From: a virus
DNA: 64,000 bases
Reading direction: 5' to 3' (one strand)
IMG/VR virus record: IMGVR_UViG_3300045988_080038
Coordinates: 16,961 to 80,960 of that record
Shown here: piece by piece, positions 1 through 7,712 of the stretch
Numbering within the stretch: the first letter of the stretch is position 1
Layout: every line of letters starts with the position of its first letter
Position numbers and translations under genes: made by a program
The notes under the pieces: generated by a model
Seen by the model: only the letters and a program-made list of their open reading frames with translations
What the model was told of the DNA's origin: nothing
The model's database searches: none

Positions 1-121
1 GTTCAGTTTTTCCTTTCTCCCAGTTAACCACTGTGACATTGGAAATACCGAATATTTCAGCCCATTCTTTCTGATTGTATCCAGCATTAACACGAACTGC
101 TTCTAACGAAATTTTTGGCAT
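1..121 (-). CDS. XRE/Cro-like HTH protein, N-terminal fragment (continues past left edge)
   Basis: Reverse translation from ATG at 121 gives MPKISLEAVRVNAGYNQKEWAEIFGISNVTVVNWEKGKTE (HTH_3-like). AAAGGAG RBS upstream. Divergent to 268..636. Confidence 0.6.
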   Translation of the reverse strand, partial: MPKISLEAVRVNAGYNQKEWAEIFGISNVTVVNWEKGKTE

Positions 122-157
122 TTGCTCATCTCCTTTCTTAACTCATGGACTTATTAT

Positions 158-222
158 AATTCAATCAGATTGAATTGTCAACACCAAAATTCAAATTAAT
201 TGAATTTGCTATTGAATTTAAT
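158..222. promoter_or_regulatory. Operator-like inverted repeats between divergent HTH genes
   Basis: AATTCAATcagATTGAATT (158-176), AAATTCAAattaaTTGAATTT (187-207) and a further ATTGAATTT half-site (211-219) share the ATTGAATT arm. Confidence 0.5.
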
Positions 223-267
223 TTAATTATGGTGTAAAATACTAGGTATGAGGAGGATAATAGAATT

Positions 268-636
268 ATGACAGACGAAGAACAAAAGAGGATATTTTCA
301 AACAACCTTAATAGGTATATTTTGAAAAGTGGAAAACAGCAAAAAGAAGTTGCTGAAGCTATTGGTGCAAACACGTCTACATTTAATATGTGGTGCAAAG
401 GTAATTCTATGCCAGGTACTGGAAAGATTAGGGCTTTAGCAGATTATTTCCGTATAGGAATGTCAGATTTAACAGATATGAAAGAGAATCACGATCCTGA
501 TATTGAATTCGGAGATGTGATTACAAAAATCGAGCAGTCAGACCCTCGTTTCAAAAGAATTATTCTTGAATACGATAATCTGCCACCCGATAAAAAAGAT
601 TTGCTGTGTGATTTTTTTGAAAAATTTGTTTTTTAA
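268..636 (+). CDS. XRE-family HTH repressor (cI-like)
   Basis: N-terminal FSNNLNRYILKSGKQQKEVAEAIGANTSTFNMWCKG HTH motif. GAGGAGG RBS. Divergent from the Cro-like gene. Confidence 0.7.
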   Translation: MTDEEQKRIFSNNLNRYILKSGKQQKEVAEAIGANTSTFNMWCKGNSMPGTGKIRALADYFRIGMSDLTDMKENHDPDIEFGDVITKIEQSDPRFKRIILEYDNLPPDKKDLLCDFFEKFVF

Positions 637-822
637 GATGCAAGGGCGGGAATTATCTTCCTGCCCTTTCTTCGTCATATGCTCTTTTTACGCATCCATA
701 AATAAACTTTATTATTGATTCATTATGTATTTTTTGTATCATTTCAATAATCTCTTTCTTATAGTCCATAAAATAACCCTCCCTGTTTGCAAACTACTGC
801 CTACATTAAAGTATATGCTCGA

Positions 823-1203
823 TTAGCAGATGGAATGCCACGAACTTATGTTTGCATTATATCCTATAATATGTCTAATAAAGCGGAATAAGTGGGATGA
901 AACAATATTTCCACGAGGTAATTGCCAATGGTATACCGGAATATTTACAATCGCATAGAAATTATTCGTGATAACAAAGGTAAAATCATTCCTCTTTGGA
1001 GCAAAATAAAATACAAGCATAGGAATATGCTGCATCTGTTTCGTGACATTTCTTTTGACTGTTGGTTGTCTGTGCATATGTTGTTCGGAACAAATGCTAG
1101 TACCTCTGTTTGTATATTCTTCTACGCATACCGGTGAACTGATGATGTAGTTGACGTATAATATAATTCCGATAATGGCCAGAATTTGTTTGAATGTTTT
1201 CAT
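823..1203 (-). CDS. Hypothetical N-terminally membrane-anchored protein
   Basis: ORF track. Start moved to MKTFKQILAIIGIILYV (GAGGTG RBS 7 nt upstream). Hydrophobic N-terminus. Confidence 0.4.
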   Translation of the reverse strand: MKTFKQILAIIGIILYVNYIISSPVCVEEYTNRGTSICSEQHMHRQPTVKRNVTKQMQHIPMLVFYFAPKRNDFTFVITNNFYAIVNIPVYHWQLPRGNIVSSHLFRFIRHIIGYNANISSWHSIC

Positions 1204-1293
1204 TGATAACACCTCGAATTTTATTATATTTCACTATACTACTTGTGCTTTAAATGATATAATATATACAAATTTTACTAAGGAGGATTTACT

Positions 1294-2124
1294 ATGAAAA
1301 AGCATTTAAAATTATTAGCGGTGCTTGGTGTCACAAGCATTTTGGTTTCATCCACTTCTATCCCGACGTTTGCAGAAGACTTTGTTTTATATGATGAAAA
1401 CGGAGTACACGTCGAAACAAAAGGCTTAACAGAGTCGCCATCAAAAGGAACCATTGGTTTGTATATCGAAAACAATTCTGATCTGAATTTAGGTATTGCA
1501 CCTTACGCTTATGCCATAAACGGCATCATGGCTGGTGGTGACCAATATGGTCTTAATTCTGCCGATGTTGCACCAGGTAAAAAAGCAAATTCTACTATAG
1601 AACTTACCAGTGCTTGGGAAAAAACCAATTTTTATAAAGATTATCAAATGGATGAATTGAGCAGCTTCGATATTTTGCTGTGGGCTTATGATAATTCAAA
1701 AAGCTTTAAAGCTTTCGATAGTGGTCAGGTGCATGTTGATGTAACTGGAGCCACGGAAACATCTTCACCTGTGTTAAGTAACGTCCAAAACATATATGAT
1801 AAAGATGGTATTAGCGTTGATTTTGTATCATCAAAAGAGAACAGTTTCACGTTTTGCATCACGAATACAACTGGTCAGTATTTTGTTTACGATGTAGTTT
1901 CTGAAACTTATAATGACTTTACAACTTCCGATGTGAATTATGAACTGTGCAACAAATATTTGCTGAATAATTGTAAAACAATTATAACCTTAACTCCAAC
2001 TGACGATTTCCTTTCAATGAACGAGATTTCTGAAATATCAAAAGTAGATTTCGCATTAACAATCAGACCGTTGGCTGAATATGAAGGTGAATATACTACA
2101 GATTTAATATCATATCAGAAGTAA
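1294..2124 (+). CDS. Secreted protein of unknown function (signal peptide)
   Basis: MKKHLKLLAVLGVTSILVSSTSIPTFA signal-like N-terminus. AAGGAGG RBS. Confidence 0.6.
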   Translation: MKKHLKLLAVLGVTSILVSSTSIPTFAEDFVLYDENGVHVETKGLTESPSKGTIGLYIENNSDLNLGIAPYAYAINGIMAGGDQYGLNSADVAPGKKANSTIELTSAWEKTNFYKDYQMDELSSFDILLWAYDNSKSFKAFDSGQVHVDVTGATETSSPVLSNVQNIYDKDGISVDFVSSKENSFTFCITNTTGQYFVYDVVSETYNDFTTSDVNYELCNKYLLNNCKTIITLTPTDDFLSMNEISEISKVDFALTIRPLAEYEGEYTTDLISYQK

Positions 2125-2368
2125 AATATAATTTTCTCATATCTTTTATTTATGGACTGACTGCCGGATATTTAAGCACTTTTATTAACACAGGAGAGCA
2201 GCTTTGGTAAATTTCCGGCAATTCAGCCCATTTACAGTATTAAACTGCTGTAGTATAATATCTGTATAAATACTATCTACATTGTAAATTCTACAACATT
2301 TCACCGTAAAAATTGGTAAATTGAATAAATAGCATGTTTTCGCATAACGAAAAAAGGGTGTGATATAA

Positions 2369-3070
2369 ATGCGAATAGCGATACTTGACGATAACCAGCT
2401 TGATATTGATTATTTCAAGGCAAGGGCTGAGTCATTTTTGAAGAAAAAGGGCGACAGAACGTACCAGATTTCAGAATACACTTCTGGTGTCCCTCTTGTG
2501 GATGATGTGAAAGACGGTGAATGGTTTGACTTGATCGTGTTGGACATCATTTTAAAAGACGGCGAAAATGGTATTGATGTAGCATATAAGTTACGTGGCT
2601 CTGGTTATTCCGGAAGTCTGATGTTCTGGACAGCTCATGCCGGCTACATGCGTGATGCTTTTGATGTTCAGGCAACACAGTATGTTATCAAAGGGCATGA
2701 AGATGGAAGGGTGTTTTCCGTAATTGATACTACACTTGGAAGATTGGAAGAACGGATGCTCACTGTAAAATTCAAAGGTGATTTCCACAGGGTTTTCTTT
2801 CGTAACATCGAATATATAGAAAGCCGTGGTCAAATGTGCATCATCCATTGCACGTGCAGGCATCAGTATGGTTTTTACCGGCGTCTGCATGAGATAGAAA
2901 AAGTTCTGGATCGGCGTTTTGTCCGGTGTCACCGCAGTTATATCGTAAACATGGATTATATCGCAAACATTGCATCTGACATCAAGATGATTTCCGGTGA
3001 TATCGTTTCAATATCGCAGAACCGAAAAAGAGAAATAGAACAGATATATCAGGAATATCTCGAAGAATAA
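2369..3070 (+). CDS. LytTR-family response regulator (receiver + LytTR DNA-binding domain), orphan
   Basis: Receiver motifs MRIAILDDN...DLIVLDIIL. C-terminal LytTR pattern FFRNIEYIESRGQ...FVRCHRSYIVNMDYI. No kinase gene nearby. Confidence 0.8.
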   Translation: MRIAILDDNQLDIDYFKARAESFLKKKGDRTYQISEYTSGVPLVDDVKDGEWFDLIVLDIILKDGENGIDVAYKLRGSGYSGSLMFWTAHAGYMRDAFDVQATQYVIKGHEDGRVFSVIDTTLGRLEERMLTVKFKGDFHRVFFRNIEYIESRGQMCIIHCTCRHQYGFYRRLHEIEKVLDRRFVRCHRSYIVNMDYIANIASDIKMISGDIVSISQNRKREIEQIYQEYLEE

Positions 3071-3304
3071 GAAAAGAGTCGGGTTTTTATGCTCAACTCT
3101 TTTCCTGACTGTCCACTCGTGCCGCTGCTAACAGCCTCGAATTGGGACATACAGCTCTTCCGTTCATGCACGGTGGAATCAGTCTGCACTATCAACTTGT
3201 GCTAGCCACACAGGGTGCTATACATCATAAGTTCAATCCCTGTGCGACTATTGAAAGTATACCTTATTTAAAAAGAAAAATCAATTAAAATGTTAAACTT
3301 TCTA

Positions 3305-3333
3305 TTGACATACCACCAAATTGGTGGTATTAT
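3305..3333 (+). promoter_or_regulatory. Sigma-70-type promoter with embedded palindromic operator
   Basis: TTGACA (3305-3310), 17 nt, TATTAT (3328-3333). The spacer contains the perfect palindrome CCACCAAATTGGTGG (3313-3327). Confidence 0.45.
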
Positions 3334-3363
3334 ATAATCATCAAAGGAACGGAGGAAAGCAAA

Positions 3364-3711
3364 ATGAAAAAATACAACTTATCAAACATTATGAAAAGAG
3401 CATGGGAACTGGTTAAAAAATCCGGAATGACAATTTCCTCCGGCCTGAGAAAAGCATGGGAGGAGGCCAAGAAAATAGAGAAGAAAATCTTCAAAGGGCG
3501 CATGGAAATGGCGGTCCCGGAAGCAGATAACAATGTTGTAAGTATTAGCTTGTGGCAAAAAGGATCATACAAAAGAATCTACTTCAACGACTACAAAAGA
3601 AGAACTGTTGGCTACATTGACTGTGTAAGCCGTGCGGCACATTACATGGAAGGGTATGCTAGAATGTATATCCCAGCTATTGACAGATTTATGGAAGAAT
3701 ATGAGTTTTAA
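3364..3711 (+). CDS. Hypothetical protein
   Basis: ORF track. GGAGGAAAG RBS. First gene after the 3305 promoter. Confidence 0.5.
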   Translation: MKKYNLSNIMKRAWELVKKSGMTISSGLRKAWEEAKKIEKKIFKGRMEMAVPEADNNVVSISLWQKGSYKRIYFNDYKRRTVGYIDCVSRAAHYMEGYARMYIPAIDRFMEEYEF

Positions 3712-3729
3712 TTTAAGGAGGAAATAAAA

Positions 3730-4296
3730 ATGGGAAAATGGACTATTAGAGTTGATGATTCAAAGATGTCGAAACTGAGAAACTACGGAGAATGTTACAC
3801 ACACGGAGGCGGAGCTGGAGGATATTTTGATTTCTTCGGAGATTCTTTGCAGGAGGCTGCCGATAACCTTATTTATGTTTTCGCAGATGTTTTTTCTGAC
3901 GACGATGTGACGGTCATAGAATACCCGGAACATGTCATAATCGACGAAAAAATATATGAATACGCAAACTGTGCCGAAAAACATATCACACTTATTATAC
4001 CTTGCAAATGTAAAAGGTATAAAACCGGTGTTGGCGATATCAACTTCAACGCCGATATCCGTATCTATCTTCAAGAACAGAAGATGCAAGTAGCTGAGAT
4101 GCGTGCACTGCTTGACGAATCCCGAATAGCGTTCTCTAAACAGTACAACATACCGGTCCGTACGCTTGAAAACTGGGAATCTGGAAAAAGCCAGTGTCCC
4201 GAATATGTAAGACAGCTCCTCGAGAGAGCTGTTAAGGAGGATGCGAGAGTTAAAAATGATGCAAACACCAACGCAAAAGATACTGAAAGCTTATGA
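3730..4296 (+). CDS. Hypothetical protein with C-terminal XRE/MqsA-like HTH
   Basis: C-terminal FSKQYNIPVRTLENWESGKSQCPEYVRQLLERAV resembles antitoxin-type HTH. AAGGAGG RBS. Confidence 0.5.
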   Translation: MGKWTIRVDDSKMSKLRNYGECYTHGGGAGGYFDFFGDSLQEAADNLIYVFADVFSDDDVTVIEYPEHVIIDEKIYEYANCAEKHITLIIPCKCKRYKTGVGDINFNADIRIYLQEQKMQVAEMRALLDESRIAFSKQYNIPVRTLENWESGKSQCPEYVRQLLERAVKEDARVKNDANTNAKDTESL

Positions 4297-4582
4297 AGAA
4301 AGTCAGACGCTGACCGGCATTCACAAGCTTACCGGATATAACTGGCAAAGAATAGCGAAAACGCTTTCTACGGAGGGCATTATAGTCAATGAAACGCAAG
4401 CGACTATCATAGATCTGCATTATCGTGGAAAAAGCGCCAGTGAAATTTCAACCATTACAGGATTTGCAGTGAGTACGGTTATGGCGTACCTTCCAAGAAC
4501 ACGTCCGGCATACATGGAAAACAGGTCCGAAAACGCACTAAGAATTGAAAAATGTAGAAAAGGAAAAAGCCCCAAGGATTAA
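4256..4582 (+). CDS. Small HTH DNA-binding protein
   Basis: ORF 4241..4582. Likely start MMQTP. Contains LHYRGKSASEISTITGFAVSTVMAYL, a sigma-region-4/LuxR-like HTH. Confidence 0.45.
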   Translation: MMQTPTQKILKAYEESQTLTGIHKLTGYNWQRIAKTLSTEGIIVNETQATIIDLHYRGKSASEISTITGFAVSTVMAYLPRTRPAYMENRSENALRIEKCRKGKSPKD

Positions 4583-4600
4583 CTCCAAGGGGCTTAATTT
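4567..4600. terminator. Bidirectional hairpin between convergent units
   Basis: GCCCCAAGG-attaact-CCAAGGGGC followed by TTAATTTTT. Lies between the 4582 (+) and 4602 (-) gene ends. Confidence 0.45.
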
Positions 4601-4601
4601 T

Positions 4602-6050
4602 TCACTTAGTATTTGCTTTCATGTGCTCAATCACTCTCTTCCAGGTATCAATGCCGCAAGTTCCATTTGCCTTTACACCGACATTTTTCTGGAAAACTTT
4701 GAGGGAATCATATGTGTCATTCCCAAACTGTCCGTCAACTTCCACTCCCAGCATCGCCTGAAGCATTGCCACAGCTGTACCGGAACTGCCCTTTCTCAGA
4801 ATCGGAAGTCTTGTCTGGAAGGTACCGGTAAGCGTAGTTGAAGATGTACTTACTTTTGCACCGGTGGTAACAGCAATAGCCACGTGGTGATTATCGTTCA
4901 GGAGGATATCTCCTGCCTTTAAATAGTCACCAGATGTCAGATACTTACTATCCGTCAGTACTTTCGCACCAGCAGCCTTCATTGCGGCTCTCATGTTCCG
5001 TGTCGTCAGATAGATACTGACTGCCTTGAGTTTTGCGTTATTTAAGCGATACCCAGCCCCCTTGACGATAGCTGCTGTGCTCGCACTGCAATCGGATTCA
5101 CAAGCTACCGTGATCTGCGCCGGATCGTAGTTGCTCGCCTTCAGATGCTGCCAGAATGAATACCGGTCATTGCTGTTTCCGGCTGTGCCCTGATCGTACC
5201 CGATGAGATTGTTCTGGGCTGCTTTTGTCGCCATATCTGCGATCATGGCTGCGATTTTGGCGTCATTGAATCTCAGGACACAGAGCCACGGCCTACTGTA
5301 CCAGTTCATGATCCGATATTCTGTCCCAGTCTGATCTCCTGCTCTCCCCCCTGCATACCTTCCGTTTTCATCATGCCCACAGTTGCTAATTTTTACCATT
5401 TTTGTTTCTCCTTTCTGCGTCGTTCCTCTATAGTCCTTGTAGAACACATCCATATCGACATTTCCGCTGATGCCGGATACTTTTCCTTTGCTGGAATACT
5501 GCCAGCCAATTCCTGCTTTTGGCTTTACCCTTGTTTGTATTGTTCCATTATCGGGATCTGGGTAATGTGCAATCCAGCACTCATACTTTCTGAGTGCATC
5601 AGTCAAAACGTTATTATACCAGTCCGTGTTGCAGTAGATGCCGACCTTATAACCAGCTTTCTTCATTCTAGTCAGAAATGCGACTGCAATGTTTTCGACT
5701 GCCTGCTTACCGAGTTTTCGCTGATTAGACCACTCGAGATCATAGAACACCGGGAAGTCCAGTCCTCGCCCGTTCAGTGCGGCAATCACATCCTCCGCTT
5801 CGTCAATAGCCTGTGCCGGTGTCAGAGCGTATGAATACTTATACCCACCGATAAGGATTCCGTTGTTCTTGCACCCCTTGTAGTTGTACTCGAATGAGCT
5901 GTCAACGCCGGACCTCTGGTGTACTCTCAATATTGCGAATTTGATGCCGGATTTAGCTACTTTCGACCAGTCCGGTTTTCCTTGATTGGATGATACGTCA
6001 ATACCTTTAATTTCCAATTTATCAGCTCCTTTCATAATTTCATGAAACAT
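4602..6050 (-). CDS. Endolysin: GH25 muramidase + Cys-peptidase/amidase-like domain + PG_binding_1
   Basis: N-terminal IKGIDVSSNQGKPDWSKVAKSGIKFAILR (GH25). Central IGYDQ...ACESDCSASTAAIV...DNHHVAI (NlpC/P60 or Amidase_5-like). C-terminal LRKGSSGTAVAMLQAMLG...DGQFGNDT (PGB1). Confidence 0.85.
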   Translation of the reverse strand: MFHEIMKGADKLEIKGIDVSSNQGKPDWSKVAKSGIKFAILRVHQRSGVDSSFEYNYKGCKNNGILIGGYKYSYALTPAQAIDEAEDVIAALNGRGLDFPVFYDLEWSNQRKLGKQAVENIAVAFLTRMKKAGYKVGIYCNTDWYNNVLTDALRKYECWIAHYPDPDNGTIQTRVKPKAGIGWQYSSKGKVSGISGNVDMDVFYKDYRGTTQKGETKMVKISNCGHDENGRYAGGRAGDQTGTEYRIMNWYSRPWLCVLRFNDAKIAAMIADMATKAAQNNLIGYDQGTAGNSNDRYSFWQHLKASNYDPAQITVACESDCSASTAAIVKGAGYRLNNAKLKAVSIYLTTRNMRAAMKAAGAKVLTDSKYLTSGDYLKAGDILLNDNHHVAIAVTTGAKVSTSSTTLTGTFQTRLPILRKGSSGTAVAMLQAMLGVEVDGQFGNDTYDSLKVFQKNVGVKANGTCGIDTWKRVIEHMKANTK

Positions 6051-7029
6051 ATTTGTGGTGGCTGTAGCGTACAGATTCCTGCGCTACTTTTGCGTAAATC
6101 ATAGTCGTGTCAAGTTTTTCATGTCCGAGCATCTTCTGCAAGTCAGTGACATTCATCCCCCGTTCGAGCGCCATGCTCGCTGTTGTGTGCCTTATCAGAT
6201 GTGGGTATAAGTGTCTGCCGATGCCGGAACGTTCGCCAATTTGTCGGACTATCTGCTCAATTTGCGTCTTCGTAATGCCCCGATATGGCTGACGGACGGT
6301 GGATATCACGCTGTCGGAATCACCTTTCCGACTGAGCCAGTATTTCTTCAGAGCAACTTCGGCTCTGGCGTTGATATACGATATCCGGTGCTTACTACCT
6401 TTTCCGAATAGGTGGACTTCCTTGGTCCGAAAGTCAATGTCAGCTTTCTTCAGAATCACCATTTCAGAGACACGGCATCCGGTGCTGTAGAACAGTTCCA
6501 CAAGGGCTTTTTCCCGATAATCCTTGCAAGCATCCCGAACTAATTCCAGTTCGATATCAGACAACGGCTCACGTGGTTTGGCTTCAAACTTAATCGGATT
6601 TATTCGGCTACAAACATTTTTGGTCAGATACTCTTCCTTGACGCACCAGTCCAGAAACGTATGAATAATAAGACGTTTTCCGTCAATCGTCCGGTTGGTG
6701 TTGCCTTTTGCCGACAGCCCGAACAGGTACACACGGATATCGTTGGTGGTTATCTGGTTCAGCGGCTTATTGACCGTCTGAAAGAAGTCGTCAAGGTTGC
6801 ACTTGTACGTCCTCAGTGACTGTGGGGACATGCCCTCAATCTTTTTCGATACCAGATACACTTTGTAGCACTCCGGCACGCAGTCTTGATATGGCACGAT
6901 TTCCGTGATTTTCTTCTCAATGTCGAAGTTTGCCGAGAACATTTCCAGTTCCATCAGCACGGTTTTCATCTGCTCCGGCGTCAGCTTTCCGTCCAGTTTG
7001 GTCATAAATTCGGTTGCGAAATTTTCCAT
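6040..7029 (-). CDS. Tyrosine recombinase/integrase (XerD-like)
   Basis: C-terminal HLIRHTTASMALERG...LGHEKLDTTMIYAKV catalytic signature and SAM-like N-domain. Start MENFATEF with AAAGGAGGG RBS. The 3' end overlaps the lysin start by 11 nt. Confidence 0.85.
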   Translation of the reverse strand: MENFATEFMTKLDGKLTPEQMKTVLMELEMFSANFDIEKKITEIVPYQDCVPECYKVYLVSKKIEGMSPQSLRTYKCNLDDFFQTVNKPLNQITTNDIRVYLFGLSAKGNTNRTIDGKRLIIHTFLDWCVKEEYLTKNVCSRINPIKFEAKPREPLSDIELELVRDACKDYREKALVELFYSTGCRVSEMVILKKADIDFRTKEVHLFGKGSKHRISYINARAEVALKKYWLSRKGDSDSVISTVRQPYRGITKTQIEQIVRQIGERSGIGRHLYPHLIRHTTASMALERGMNVTDLQKMLGHEKLDTTMIYAKVAQESVRYSHHKYVS

Positions 7030-7170
7030 GAAAAAAGCCCTCCTTTTGGGTACACAAAGGGAAGGCACTGTGATATAATATACCTGTACCCTTTGTGGTG
7101 CTGTTGGAGTCGAACTTTTTGATTGGTAGTCGGGAGTTCGGCTCCTTTTTTGCTATAATGTTTTGTCCGT

Positions 7171-7179
7171 ATTATAACA
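7171..7179 (-). promoter_or_regulatory. Extended -10 element upstream of recombinase-lysin pair
   Basis: Minus strand reads TGTTATAAT (TGnTATAAT), about 140 nt upstream of the recombinase start. Confidence 0.3.
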
Positions 7180-7253
7180 CTTAGCACATCACCGTGGTAG
7201 CTTTTTTATGAAATTTTCAAAGTTTCTTAATCAACTAAATGGGAAGAGGAAAA

Positions 7254-7712
7254 TTATAAAAAAGCATAAAAGCATGTGATCACCTGAGTTTTTGTCGATT
7301 TTATTGTTACGGTCCTATCCGAATTGCTGACAGTGATACCGTCCGGAAGTGCTGATGTGGTCACGGTATAACCAATATCGATAGAACCTCCGAGGTAGAA
7401 AACAACCATCGCTTTCTCGATTATGATTAATCCATGAGTGGCAGCACGTACATTTTTGATAGTAAGCGATTCGCCAAATGCTTTTTCGTACCTCAGAAAG
7501 GGCTTACTATTTAATTCATTAAGCGCTCCAATCACCGTCTTGTCGTTCGTCTGCAAGTTGCTGATGACCGCATTGGTCAGTTTCCCAACAATCCAGTTCC
7601 AGATTCCGCTGAACGGCGAAAGCTTGTTTGCCTTCGATGTTGCGTCGTAAATCATCAGTGTGTCGTTGTCCGCCGGTGTTGCTTTCTGTGAATACTCGTT
7701 AAATTTACCCAT
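7254..7712 (-). CDS. Tail-fibre-associated protein (unknown function)
   Basis: ORF track. ATG overlaps the stop of the 1449-aa tail protein. N-terminus MGKFNEYSQKATPADNDTLMIYD is typical of phage fibre accessory proteins. Confidence 0.5.
   Translation of the reverse strand: MGKFNEYSQKATPADNDTLMIYDATSKANKLSPFSGIWNWIVGKLTNAVISNLQTNDKTVIGALNELNSKPFLRYEKAFGESLTIKNVRAATHGLIIIEKAMVVFYLGGSIDIGYTVTTSALPDGITVSNSDRTVTIKSTKTQVITCFYAFL

Noticed and set aside
3225-3262. GTTCAATCCCTGTG T-loop-like sequence downstream of the LytTR gene
   Set aside because: Only a 7-bp inverted repeat with a 22-nt loop is present. There is no T stem in register and no acceptor strand.
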